A stretch of DNA of 64,000 bases, from assembly GCF_016433145.1 (NCBI RefSeq), contig NC_058131.1, positions 551,721,117-551,785,116 on the forward strand, given 5' to 3'. The first letter of the stretch is position 1; each line of letters opens with the position of its first letter. Position numbers and translations under genes: made by a program. The notes beneath the pieces were generated by a model. That model worked only from the letters and a program-made list of their open reading frames with translations, ran no database searches and was not told the origin of the DNA. The DNA comes from Gracilinanus agilis. Its lineage: Eukaryota. Shown in pieces: positions 12,001 through 24,474 of the stretch.

Positions 12001-13830
12001 TAATGAAAGAGAAACAATAAAAGAATAACATTTGCGTATTAGTGATATTTCCCAAATATCTATCACTTTGACAACACACTTGACATTCTCCCCTTTTAAA
12101 AAAGTAGCAATACCTTGAGCTTGGGGAGCAGGAAGAGAATTGGAAGTGGTTTCTCTTAATGGAGAAACTGATTCCGAGAGGGGCAGCATCTAAAGAGGAA
12201 AGGGTGATGTTTAGAGGATTGAGTGTAGCACATAGTCCCCATTTCCCTAGTTTCCTTCTCTTACCAATATCCTCTAATGGTACCAAGGAATTCTTTCTTT
12301 CTTACCTCGCCATTAGATCCCTCTTTTAGCAGCTGTTCCAGTGCCTCTGACCGAGGGTGGGAGTTCTGCAGCCAGAATAAACAGAGCACAATGAGAACCT
12401 CCAATGATACTATCCCTAGGAGCCTGATGCCTATCCACTCACAGAGAAAAAGAAGGAACAGAGTGGATGATCTCTCAGGATACAATAAAGAAGGGGGAGA
12501 GGAAGCAGGCTCCATTTTGGAATTCAGTTAGCTTGGTGTCTATAGGGTGGCTTCAAGTTAGGTTAAGTCCCTGAGATCAGAGTTTCCAAGTCCTACTTAT
12601 AAGATCAGTGTCTCACCTCTAGCAGAAGGGTGAGCTCAGTCCGAAGCAATAAAACATCCATAGTGACTGTAGCCACACGATGCCCATCTGGCTCCTCTTG
12701 CCCCTCAGGGAAGCTCAGCCCATCTGGCTGCTCTTCTGTGTATCCATAAAGGCGGAGCACCTCCCGGCCCCCCTGTCAAGAATTCCCAAGTCACTGTCTG
12801 CCCAAGAACCTCTCCCTCCTAATCTCTTTCCTCTAACTAGGATCCGTATGTTGTACCTCATTACTTCTTCCAGAGACCCCAGGGTAATTTGACATTCTCA
12901 TTTCACCCATTCTCCCATGACTAAGTTGTCATTAAACTAATTCACTCTTTTCACAGAACAGGCTATCTATCCCTAGCATAGGTCTAGCTTCTGGCCTAGC
13001 CCAAAACTTCTAACCCTGTTCCAGTTACCATAGCATCCAATTGCCTAGTGTAGTGATGGGCAAACTAAAGCTTGTGGGTCAGAAGCAGCCCAGCCACCCG
13101 ACATTATTCCTAATCTGACGAACACAATTGAATAGGATAAAACAAAACTTTGAAAGAGTTGCCTTAGCATTTCCTTTCCTTTGGCCCCCTCTTTAAAAAG
13201 TTTGCCCATCAGTGGCCTAGTGGCATCCTCCTAGATCCCTTAATACTTCACCTGCACAGCATCCACAGTGCTTCTGAAGACAGGATTATTGAACTTGACC
13301 CCACGCCAGTATCTGGGTCGCTGTGGACTAAGTAGGTTTCGGCCATATTTCTCTAGGATATTCAATGCAGTGGACAGGCTTCGCAAGTACTCACTAGGCT
13401 GCAAAGGAAGGATATGAATTTGGCAAAATATCTGTGAACGCCCCACATTACAATTCCAAAATTCACATCCCTGTTGTCCATCTCCCTACTTCATTTCTCA
13501 ATCCTTTCTATTCTTTCTTCAGGTCCTGACTTTGTTGCCGCCCATTTCCCAAAAATCCTCTCCAAATGTCAGTCCCCTCCTAGTCCATCTCCTTTGAACA
13601 TATTTTGGGTGGTAATACTCCCTCACCTCTCCTCCTTGGGCATTGCTTTGGACTAGTTGGGAGGCATTCAGCTTTTGGTAGCGGGTGGCAAGGGGCAGGG
13701 AATTGTCCAGCAGTCTAAGCAGCTGCTCTGGTGAAAACGACTGTCCAGGATCCTTCCTCAGGGCGCTCACTAGCTCTCCACGGGCAGTCAGAAAGACCAG
13801 CTCTTCTTCCAGCAGCCCTTCCCCTGACAT
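6088..13830 (-). CDS. RNF31: E3 ubiquitin ligase RNF31/HOIP (LUBAC catalytic subunit), 1075 aa: PUB, B-box, ZF/NZF, UBA, RBR, LDD
   Basis: 21 exons: 13627-13830, 13252-13398, 12617-12772, 12306-12365, 12114-12189, 11688-11865, 11141-11537, 10666-10947, 10222-10470, 9800-9982, 9469-9675, 8979-9152, 8796-8894, 8585-8674, 8290-8404, 7978-8096, 7582-7695, 7276-7333, 6611-6707, 6250-6418, 6088-6141. Total 3228 nt, all GT-AG. Catalytic GGCMHFHC intact; ends [14 protein letters not shown]. Confidence 0.98.
13051..13214. mobile_element. hAT (Charlie/OC1-like) MITE in RNF31 intron 2
   Basis: TIRs tagtgatgggcaaact / agtttgcccatcagtg; perfect 8-bp TSD gcctagtg at 13043-13050 and 13215-13222. Confidence 0.88.
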
Positions 13831-14431
13831 CCTGAGGGAAAGGGGGGCGGCAAAGGGCTGGTTCAGGTGGGAGGGGGTGCTCCTTTGTGCCCCCCAAACT
13901 TCGCAGATTTAGTTCACTCATCTCAAGAAACCGAGAGAAGCCTCAGCCTCAGGCTCCTCTTTTGGGGCTCAGGACGTGTTGTCAATGGCTGGGCCAGGCC
14001 AGTCCCTCCATCTCCCTTCTCCATTCCCCACGGCCGCCGCGGCGGGCAGGTGGGTAGGCAAGCCAGGGGCTCTCATCCCGAGCCCCTGGCTTGCCTACCC
14101 GCTCAGGGCTTTGGCCACCCGGGAGTACCCCGAGGAAAGTAGGGATTCAGGACGACTGAATTGGGCTCTCGGGCCGAGGCCGCGTCACGGTCATCCGTGA
14201 CTAGACATCTGGCCCAAGCTGACCTCCCTCAGTCCCTCCATCTCCCGAGGATCATCTCGAGCCAAGCTTACCTCCGCCCCCGCCCTCCCCAACACTCCCA
14301 GAGGCGACGCCTTCCTTCCCCAACCAACCGGCTCGCCCCCTCTCCGGCTCCCCGGCTCACGCTGCAGCGGCAGGACTGTCGGCCAACACCCCGGCAACGT
14401 TTGGATCTCACCCGCAGCCTGGCTCCCGGGC

Positions 14432-14483
14432 CTCTCTCTCTCTCCCTCTCGCTCTCTCTCTCTCTCTCCCTCTCTTTCTCTCT
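14432..14483. repeat. (CT)n/(GA)n microsatellite in the RNF31/PSME2 promoter island
   Basis: ctctctctc tract with few interruptions. Confidence 0.9.
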
Positions 14484-14599
14484 GGGTAAGGGAACAGGAA
14501 GTCCCCGGGAAAGGGGAGGGACCGCAACTGGTCGGACGGAAGCAGGCGAAGCTAAGCAGGGAGGAGGTGGGAAGGAGGCCTCCGGAGAGGGAGAAGTAC

Positions 14600-15082
14600 T
14601 GAGTGGCCTGGGGGCGTGGTCAGCAAGGAGGCGGGATTAGGCTCAGGAGAGGGGCTTGGTAAACGAAAGGATCCCCGGACTAGGGCGGGGTTTAGATAAA
14701 GAAGGGGGAGCGGCCACAAGGAAGGCGGGTCTTTCCTTCTAGGAGGCGTGGCCTTGGGCGGGGGGCGGGGTTAAAAGAAGATAGGTGGCTCGGTTTGGGA
14801 CTGTAATCTGGGAACTGTAAGAAAGATTCCGGTCCTTCCCCCGCCTCTCGCACTTTCCCAGATGTCTGCAGCGGCCCGGAGCCTTACCTCCTCTCCAGTA
14901 GGGGGATTCTCTTCGCCGAGGTCGCCATATCTCGGGAGGACCAGCAGGGGGCTCCGGGGAGATCAGGGGCCCGACCCTGGCCGGCTGGCCGGGGCGGAGC
15001 TGCCAATGGGGAGTGAAAGTGAAAGCCAAATCCCAAGGTAGGGAGTTGGGAGACCTCCGTGCTTCTTCTGGTTCAGGGCAGC
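14600..15082. promoter_or_regulatory. Bidirectional CpG-island promoter RNF31/PSME2 with GC boxes, tandem ZNF143/THAP11-like motifs, kB-like site, CCAAT and IRF-E
   Basis: GC boxes near 14683 and 14756; TGGGACTGTAATCTGGGAACTGTAAG at 14796-14821; GGGGATTCTC at 14902-14911; CCAAT at 15003; GAAAGTGAAAGC at 15015-15026. Confidence 0.75.
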
Positions 15083-18000
15083 ATGGCCAAAGCTTGTGGG
15101 GTGCGGCTGAGCGGGGAGGCCCGCAGGCAGGTGAGGAGGCTGGGGGCCTGATCCACTGGCTGGTTGGTGTGGGGAGGGGTCTAGTGCACCTGTGCCAGGG
15201 CGAGGGCGCTGGGCTGGGAGTCCGGGGAGCCTTTCTAGCCAGCCCCTCCAGTGCTTTCACTTCTGCTTGGGGCCTCCAGGGTCCTGGCCATGGCCATGCC
15301 ATCCAGGGTCATTGCCAAACCTGGGGCTAGGGGGCCTGTCAGGGAGAAACTTCGTGGAAATTGGGAAAGGGCCTGGCTAGGGTGATAAAGTACTTAAAGA
15401 GGAATGGTGGGAGATAGGCCCCAGATCCTCCACCCCTCCCCACCCTACTTCCTACAGGAACCCCACCCCACCCCACAAACCCTGCTTTCCCTCCACAGGT
15501 GGATGTGTTTCGGCAGAATCTCTTCCAAGAGGTGAGTTGGTTTAGATCCAGTATGATCTCTTAACCTCTGACCTGAGAATGCATTCCCAACCTTCCCTTG
15601 GTATTCCAACCTCTACTCTACTATGATCCATTGCTCATTTTGAGACTCTGGTTGGGTCCTCAATCTTAACCTCTCCCCTCCTATCTGATTTGGTGCCTCC
15701 TCCAGTAGTAGAAAATGTACTGATTTGGGAACCAGATCTGTGTGGCCTTGAGCAAGCTCCTAATTTCTCTGGGCTTCAATTTCCATCTTTTAAAACATTA
15801 GATTGGATCTCTCAAGTCTTTTCTACCTCTAAAGATTTCTGTATCTACAGTTTTTTGAACCAACCCTTTAGCCCCTATCCTTTGACACTCTTAACTTCCT
15901 CCTGTGATCACATTCTTTCTCTGCTTTAGGCTGAGGAGTTCCTTTCAACCTTCCTACCACAGAAAATCATACAACTGAATCAGCTTTTGAAGGTAAGTGG
16001 TGGCTTGTTCTCTTGCTTCTGCTCCTACCAATCTTTCATATGCTCAATTTACATTCAAAATCTGGAGCTCACTTCCTTTATGGGGCTCTGGCTTTTCTGT
16101 GCTTTTCTGTGAGTTCAAGGTCAAAGGAAAGGGTGGAGTTTGAATCTTGGAAACATTAATTAAAGGGCAAGAAGATATATATCAGTTTGGTTTAGTAGGA
16201 AGACTGTGTCTTTGAGACTTTGTGTAGGCTTAAGAGGGAAAAAGCCAAACAAGAACCTAATACTTTTGGGCAGGATGACTCCTTCAATGTAGTTGATCTG
16301 ACCTCCCTTCGAGCACCACTGGACATCCCTATTCCAGATCCTCCCCCCAAGGATGATGAGGTAAGGCCTGATAGAGCAAAATTGCAAACTCCACAGAGAT
16401 GCTATTTCTTCCCCAGCCTCCCTCAGATTTCTAAATTCTACCCCCCTCCTCTCCTTGCTTTTAATTTCATCAGATGGAGACAGACAAACAAGAGAAGAAA
16501 GAGGGTAAGGAGGGAAAGCACTGGGAAGGAAGCAGTTGATTGAGAGATGGCTAGAAAGGTGCCTAAATCCTATGACTGACACTTCATTTCTCCTTTAGTC
16601 CCCAAGTGTGGCTTCCTCCCTGGGAATGAGAAAGTCCTGGCACTGCTTGCTCAAGTTAAGCCAGAGGTTCGGACCCTCAAAGAGAAGTGTATTCTGGTAA
16701 GAGAAACTTCTCTTTTCCTCAGAGAGACCAGTTTCTGAGACTTGGGACTCTCTCATTAATTTTTTTTTCCCTGAAGCTTGAGTCCTTTAAACCCCTTTCT
16801 CACCAAGACTTTCTGGATGGTAGATCTACAGATGGTAAATTCCTTGTGGGGCAGGAATTATTCCTTGCTTTTCTTTCTGTATGTAGTAATATAGAGTATT
16901 GTGCCTTCTTCATGGAAGCATATAAAGACTGAATCAGGCAATCATAGAAACTTCCTCTGACATAGGTGATCACCTGGATCCAGCACCTGATCCCCAAGAT
17001 TGAAGATGGCAATGATTTTGGGGTGGCCATCCAGGTGAGGAAAGGGAAAATGAGGAAATAAGGATTATTATGGTACAGAAATGTTTGAGGTAGGGGAGGA
17101 GATGGGATCATGCCTGGGAACAAAAAGAAAGGGGAAAGAGAAATAACAGTGACCTAGGATGGTAGGAGGAGGTTTTTCTATTTCAATCTTGCACTTCTGT
17201 TTATCTTCTTAGGAAAAGGTTCTAGAACGAGTGACAGCAGTGAAAACCAAAGTGGAAAGCTTTCAGACAACTATTGCCAAGTAAGGTTGACCTGAGGATA
17301 GATGTGGGAAGTGGACGGATCTCTAGAATTCAGAAGTTGTCAATCTCCTGTAAAGGGATGAGGCTTTGGGGAGACACCCTAGAGTTGTTTGATGAACCTA
17401 TAGCACCCATGCAGGAGGGGGCCGTTCCCCACCCCCCTCTCTATGCAGACTGAGGACATTTCTCACATGACTTACCCCTATACCCCACAGCCCAATGGGA
17501 GCACTTACTCCCTTCACTATCTGGGGGTAAGGGAAGGGGGAGAATGACTCACATGTGGCATGAGAGTGCAGTTTGGGCACTTGGTCTCTAAAAGGCTCAC
17601 CATCACTGCCCTAGAGCAATGTGTTTCCTTGGGAGCTCCCATCTCTATAGTCAACTCTTTCTATTCCTATAAGATACTTCTCTGAACGTGGAGATGCTGT
17701 GGCCAAGGCCTCAAAGGAGACTCACGTGGTGAGTGGACCTTCCCACCAACCTCTAAACATCATGGAAAGTCCCTCCAGCTTTTGGCTGAAACATGTGATC
17801 CTGGGAATGGGTGGCAAAGGGGTGCTGGAAAAAGAGCTGCTCTGATCTCCCTGGGAAGGTCTTATTAAGGATTTTCCCTATGTGAGGAAGATCAAAGCAA
17901 AATAAATACACTCCCACAGGGGTGTAAGGATTCCTGGATCCTAGCCATTCTACCTGATTCTGTAAAAATCTGTTTCCTTTGACTGAAACAAAGCATTCCT

Positions 18001-18394
18001 TCAACTTGTCTATTCCCCTCTGAGGAAACAAGGCACAACTCATGTCCTCCCGGAGATATGACCCAATTTTACCTTTTCTATTCCCAGATGGATTATCGGG
18101 CCTTGGTACATGAACGAGATGAGGCAGCCTATGGGGAACTTCGGACTATAGTGCTGGACCTCCGTTCTTTCTATGTGAGTGAGGGTAAAGACTGGAAAGA
18201 TATAAATAAGGATGATCTAAAAGGAAAGCATGGCAAGGGAAGGGGGAGTTGAAAAGAGGTCAGGGAGGGAGCTTCAGATCCCTGAGCACTACCACTTTGA
18301 CTCATCTATCCAGGCTGAGCTCTATCACATTATCAGCAGCAACCTAGAGAAGATCACCAACCCAAAGGGTGAAGAAAAGCCATCCATGTACTGA
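15083..18394 (+). CDS. PSME2: Proteasome activator subunit 2 (PA28 beta), 239 aa
   Basis: 11 exons: 15083-15130 ([16 protein letters not shown]), 15499-15531, 15930-15992, 16274-16360, 16474-16504, 16599-16696, 16966-17034, 17213-17280, 17674-17728, 18088-18174, 18314-18394 (…[11 protein letters not shown]). Total 720 nt. Confidence 0.98.
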
Positions 18395-18413
18395 GTCCCA
18401 GAGCTACAAAGGA

Positions 18414-18419
18414 AATAAA
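18414..18419 (+). terminator. PSME2 poly(A) signal AATAAA
   Basis: 19 nt after the TGA stop. Confidence 0.8.
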
Positions 18420-19297
18420 TGATCTTAACTCTTGTAACAAACTGTGCTAGTTACTTTGTGCTTATCATATCCATTCTGGGGAATTATGGGAGGAGAAGCA
18501 TCAGATACTGCCTCAAGAGCAGTATGACTATGCATTATTTCATTGTCTAGGGATTCCCCACCTTGAAGCACAGTCAGTTCTGGGAAACTAGAATGCTGTG
18601 AGTGTTTTCACATTCCTACAATCGACCTTTTAGTCCAGCATGAGAGTCACAGTCGTGGACCTCTCCTACCATGGCCAAGAAAGTCGGGAGTCTAGTCATC
18701 CTATATATTGGGGATTATGTTATATTAGGATAAATAATCCTAGAGTCTCCAGGTTGAAAGGGGACTTTAAAGGTTATATGTTCCCGTGGCATCCTCTATA
18801 TCACATATTTGAAAAGTTATCTAAAAAATGTAAAGAGTTATCCAGCTGGTACCTGAAAATCTCTACTGAGTAGAAACTCACTACTTTCCAAAGCAGTCCA
18901 TTCCACTTTGGGACAGCTGTAAGGGGCAAGAAATGTGTTTTATGTTTCAGTATCTTTCCTTGTTATTTTTACTCATTTATTTGTTTATTTTGCAACTGGG
19001 TAAGGTTGGGGTGAGGGAGGATATTGAAGGGGGAAACCAGGAAAGACAGAAATGCTTGAGGGCTGGGAGACTGGGAGGAGAGATCTTCTTAGGGCATTCT
19101 TGTTATTTAAAATACATTGAGACACATATTTGCATTGTAGTTAAACTTGTTTTAGATAGTACCTAAACTCTTAACTATAATTATTTTTAAACCCATAACT
19201 TTATAGACCATCAAGTCAAAAGTTAAAATATAACAATACCATAAATAAATCATGACCATAATTACTTCCAAAGCTGCCCCTTTATTTTATGGGAGTT

Positions 19298-19500
19298 TTT
19301 TTTTTTTAAACCTTAGTTCTGTCTTAGAATCAATACTGTTGTATTGGTTCCAAGGCAGATGGACAGTAAGGGCTAGACAATGGGGTTTAAGTGACTTGCC
19401 TGGTGTCACACAGCTAGGAAGTGTCTGAGGTCAGATTTGAACCCAAGACCTCCCTTCTCTAGGCTTGACCCTCAATCCACTAAGCAACTTAACTACTCCC
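19298..19500 (-). mobile_element. SINE1_Mdo-like with TSD
   Basis: TSD attt(t/c)atgggagtt on both sides. Confidence 0.88.
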
Positions 19501-19519
19501 ATTTCATGGGAGTTCTTGA

Positions 19520-21270
19520 AAGGAATGACCACAGATCTCAAATTGTATTCCAAAGTAGTCATCAAAACAATCTGGTCCTGGCTAGGAAAAGAATGGTAGG
19601 CCAGTGAAATAGATGAGGTATGAAATATCTAGTAATAGATGACCAGAATAATTTAGTGTTTGATAAGCCAAACAATCCAAACTTTTGGCAGAAGAATTCA
19701 CTGTTTGACAAAAACTGTTGGGAAAATTAGAAAATGGTATAGCAGATACTAGGGAGAGACTTAACATCTCACACTGGATACCAAGATAAGGTCAATATGG
19801 GAACATGATTTAGATATAAAGGATGATATTATAATCAAACTAGGGGAGCATGGAATAATTTACCTGTCAGACCTATGGATAAGGAAAGAATTTATGACCA
19901 AATGAGAGCATTATAGATGTAAAATGGATAATTTTGATTATATTAAAAAGTTGTATAAATAAAACCAACCGAGATTAGAAGGAAGGCAGAAACCTGGGAA
20001 AAAATTTTGACAGCAAGTATCTAATAATGGTCTCATTTCTCAAATATACAGACAACTAAGTCAAATTTATAAAAATATGTCATTCTCCAATTAATAAATT
20101 ATCAAAGAATATGAATAGGTAGTTTTCAAATTGAGAAATCAAAGTCATCTGTAGTCATGAAAAAGTACTCTAAATCACTCTTGATTAGAGAAATGCAATT
20201 AAAACAAGGTACCACTTCACACATTAGATTGGCCAATCTGACAGAAAAGGAAAATGATAAATGTTAGAGGAGTTACAGGAAAATTGGGACACTAATGCAC
20301 TGTTTGTGGAGTTGTAATCTGAAAATAAGAAAAAAAAATTGTGAGATAGAACAGGATTTAGAATTGGAAGGTGACTAGAGATCAGATAGTTTAGACTATC
20401 TGATCTCTAGTCACCTTCCAATTCTAAATCCCTGTCATTTAATGAACACTTAGAAAAGGACCAAAAGTTATACAGTAAATGGCAGTGTCAAAATTAAAAT
20501 TGAGGCCTTCTGACTTAAAATCTAGTGTTATTTCTACTACCATTTGAGAAAATAAGAAAAATAGGAGGTGGGGAATATGAGTTATAGCAAGAGAGAACAA
20601 TTTAGAACTGTGCCCAAAGAGCTCTAAAACTGTATACCCTTTCATCCAGCAATACCACAATTAGATCTGTATCCCAAAGAGATTTTTAAAAAGGGAGGGA
20701 GGGCTATTTGTAAAAAAAAATGTTTATTGCAGGTCTTTTTTGTGGTAGCAAAGAATTGGATATTGAGGGGTTTTCCATCAGTTGGGGAATAGCTGAACAA
20801 TGGTGAATGGTATATGGTTGTAATGGAATACTATTGTGACATGAGAAATGAGGAGGAGGAGGATTTTCAAAAAATCTGGACTTACTTGAACTGATTCAAA
20901 GTGAAGTGAGCAGAACCAAAGAACACTGGACATAGTAACTAATATTTTTTGATGAATAGCTGTGAATGGCTGTTATTCTCAGCAATACTGTGATCTAAGA
21001 CAATCCCAGAGACTCATGGTAAAAAATGCCATCTGCCTTCAGAGAAAGAACTGATAGAGTCTGAATGAAGAACAAAACATACTATATTTCACACTTTCTT
21101 TTTGTTTGTTTGTGATCTCTTCCACAAAATTACTACTATCAGAAAATGTTTTACATGATTGCACATGTAAAAATCTCTATCATTACTTACCATCTCAGGA
21201 AGTGGGGAGAGAGGGAGGAAGGAAGGAGAGAATTTCAAACTCAAATTAATTTTTTAAAATTGTTTTTACA
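19520..21270 (+). mobile_element. Old L1 ORF2/3' fragment, interrupted by a MIR-type SINE at about 20335-20547
   Basis: L1 motifs (aaactgttgggaaaatt, ctgtatcccaaagagat, ggaatactattgtg); the insert is flanked by the direct repeat gaaaataagaaaaa at 20321 and 20548. Confidence 0.8.
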
Positions 21271-22299
21271 AGTAATTGAGGGAAAATAATATTTTTAGCC
21301 CTTACCTTCCATCTTGAAATACCATGTATTGGTTCTAAGGCAGAAAAGAGGTAAGGGCTTTAGTAAATCAATTGCTTTAGTACTCTTGGGTAACAGTGCC
21401 AACACGAGAGAGGTCAGGATCATGTTTGTTTTATTGATGCCTTTTGTTTTTATGTCATATTTCCAAATAGATCTCCCCTTTACCCTCCTAGCCAGTGAAG
21501 ATGTTTTCCTTTTACCAAAGATTAAAAGAAAAAAACAAACACTTCAGTAAAACCAATAGGTATATCAGCATATGCAACATTCTATATCCTCCACTTTGCT
21601 AACATAAGGAAGAAGATGGATTTTCTTATCTTTTCTCAGGGGACAAACTAATATGTGTATATTTAATTGTATTGATATCTTTCATCTTTATATCACTTTA
21701 AATTTCCCAATATCTCCCTCCTTTCCCCAGAGAGCCATCCATTATAACAATTAGTAAAAAAGAAATGTAACATATATGCTTTGGCCCCCCTCTCTCAAAG
21801 CTAGGTGGGCTACATCTCTTCTCAGGATATAATGAGCAAAAGATGTAATGACTAAGGAAACAAAAGTTTGATCTTCTGAGCACATCAATTTATTAAACAA
21901 CACTTACCAATTGCCTGATATTTTAGAGCCAAGCCCCTTCCTCAATTTAGGGATTGACCCCAAAATTCTCCGAATACACTGGAGAAATAGACTTTTACAC
22001 TTAAAAGCAATAATAAAAAAAAAAAAAAGACCAATTAATTACAAGGAAACAGTAGAACACTAGGTAATTTGATTTCTAATTGGATGAAAGACTAGGGACT
22101 TCCCAAATTGGGAGGGGGAGAGTGAACAAGTACAATTCCCTGAATTTAGGAAATGAGGTGTTCCACTTCTCTCAAGTGTCTGTATACAATTAAAGGAACA
22201 TAGAAATAATAACTGACTGATCAGTATGGGGTCAGTTTTCAAATAAGACATCTAGGTTGCTTGAAATGTACAATTATGAGAAAACTCCTTACATCAGTG

Positions 22300-22866
22300 T
22301 TCAGATTTGATTGTATTTCTTTTCAGCATAACCTGAATCCTTGGTTAAGGGTTTCTAAATAGCAGGTATGGGTGATCCAGCTTCCCAGCCATGAAAGGCT
22401 AAGTTCAATAAGTGCAATAAGTTTTTCTCCCAATTTCCACAATTGAATAAAATTTTTGGCAAGACAGAATTTGGACTAGGCCCATAATTGAACAGAAAAG
22501 GGAACTGAGCTATGTAAGTGGGGGAAATGGGAATTAAATTAAATTAAATTAAATTAAATTAAAATTCAAAGTCTGTGATCTCACCAGAGATGCCTCATCA
22601 CCAAGTTCAAAGCACCAAAAGCTCCCCACAGGAAGTTACCATCATATTTAAAAGACAGCAGCTTCCGTCACTTCCTTCGTCCACCTCCATTTTCACGTGG
22701 ACAAATGGCAGCCTCAACACTGTGTTTTTGACTTGTCACTTACTATCACATGCGGGTCACAGACCTCCCCCTCCCCACTTAATTCTAAATTGGGTGGCTA
22801 TTACTCACATTATTCCTGGTGGCTAAAGTCTAAAGAATGAATGAGGATGAGCTAATTCCATTTACA
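22300..22866 (-). mobile_element. ERV LTR-like fragment
   Basis: Ends in …ccatttaca (TG start on the - strand) and shares cacatg(c/t)gggt(c/t)acagacctccccc with the LTR at 57152-57876. The left boundary is uncertain. Confidence 0.55.
22532..22566. repeat. (AAATT)n pentanucleotide repeat
   Basis: About 7 units. Confidence 0.9.
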
Positions 22867-23029
22867 TAGCTACCTCCAGAACTGAGTCAATGTGGTACAC
22901 TCGAGTCCCACAATTAACCCCTTGCTGTCCTAATCTCAATCCTTTACAATTTTCCTACCAGAGTTCCAGGATACCCTGAGGGGATTGGGGGTATCTTTTT
23001 TTCTATTGCCAGTCTGTGGCCCTGGTCAT

Positions 23030-23525
23030 CTTGTGCTTTAGTCATGTCTGACTCTTTGTAATCATACAGACCAAAGCATGGTCTAATTTGCTTCACTATT
23101 TAGCTCTTGAAGTCTGTCCAAACTTGCTTCCTATCTATCCATAGTTCCTATGACACTATCTATCCATCTTATCCTCTTCCATTTTTCCTTTGCTTTCCAT
23201 CATTCTCAATACCTAGGGCTTTCCCAATGAGATTTGCCTTCTCATTATATGGCCAAAGTATTTAAGCCTCAGCTTCAATATTTGACCTTCCAGCAAATAA
23301 TCTGAATTAATTTCTTTAAGTATTGACTGATTCGACCTCCTCACTGTCCAAGGGACACTTGAAAAATCTTCACCAACACCTCAATTCAAAAGCATCAATT
23401 CTTCGGGTCTCAGCTTTCCTTATAGTCTGACTCTCACAGCCATTTATTGTTACTAGAAAAATAAAATTAACTATTGGGATCTTTGTTGGCAAGATAATGT
23501 TTCTGCTTTTGAGTATGCTGTATTT
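23030..23525 (-). mobile_element. RTE (BovB-like) LINE 3' fragment
   Basis: Translation ILKSRNIILPTK…GCESQTIRKAETRRIDAFELRCW resembles the RTE RT C-terminus. Confidence 0.85.
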
Positions 23526-23613
23526 CCCAGTGACTCTCTCCTCAGGGCCATTTAACTCCTCAATCTTAGGTAACATTTACATTGGAAAAATATAGCACTT
23601 AAAAAATACAGCA

Positions 23614-23745
23614 AGACTAGGTTCAAATCTGGCCTTAGACACTTCCCAGCTGTGTGACCCTGGGCAAGTCACTTGACCCCCATTGCCCACCCTTACCACT
23701 CTTCTACCAAGGAGCCAATACACAGAAGTTACGGGTTTAAAAAAA
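23614..23745 (+). mobile_element. 5'-truncated young SINE
   Basis: TSD aaaaaata(c/t)agca. Confidence 0.85.
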
Positions 23746-24250
23746 AATATAGCAAGAACAACTCTGAGGAACACTCTCTCCTACACTTCTTTGGTCTCTA
23801 GGGGAATGGCTTGAAGCTTAGCTCAATTACTACATAACTTCTACTGCATATTACTACATACCTAACCTACCAAGTTCATGTCCAGCTATGGCGTACCTGA
23901 GGAATGAATTCTTCTGTTGAGCTACAGGCCCAAAGGCCACTCCTAACAATCATTCCTTAGTCACTCAGGTATCATTACTGACCTTGGCTGGGAAACTCGG
24001 ACAGAGCTCTGACTCCTGGATTCCTGTTGCTTTTTCTCCTGAACTCCCAATGTCAGAGACTCCATCCACTCCCTTCACCAGATGCAGGAAGAGAAAGAAT
24101 CTTCTCTTCTTTGAGGGAATTTTGAGATTCTCTCAAAAGCAAATGAGGCAAAGAGGCCGTAGCTGAAGATAATAGATTTTTCTGAATTTTCTTATAGCCC
24201 AACAGCCTTCTGTTTAACATGGGCTTAGCTGAGCAGGACTAGTTACAGAA

Positions 24251-24251
<1 letters not shown>

Positions 24252-24311
<60 letters not shown>
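24252..24311. repeat. (CA)n microsatellite, about 30 units
   Basis: Direct read. Confidence 0.95.
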
Positions 24312-24313
<2 letters not shown>

Positions 24314-24441
24314 CATACACACGCTCTACAGTTCATCTCTTTCTGAAGCAGAACCACCTGAGAAACTCTGCATGTATGCCAGAACCCCAACCCCATTACA
24401 GAAAGAAAAAAAATTCAACAAACTAACCAACACACCCCAAA

Positions 24442-24474
<33 letters not shown>
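24442..24474. repeat. (GAT)n microsatellite, about 11 units
   Basis: Direct read. Confidence 0.95.

Noticed and set aside
14184-14201. Spaced palindrome GTCACGG-TCAT-CCGTGAC
   Set aside because: A 7-bp stem in a CpG island; I could not assign a factor and chance is plausible.
14161-15330. Long overlapping ORFs (159, 187, 105 aa) in the RNF31/PSME2 island
   Set aside because: Low-complexity Pro/Arg/Gly products typical of CpG islands, with non-ATG starts and no recognisable homology.
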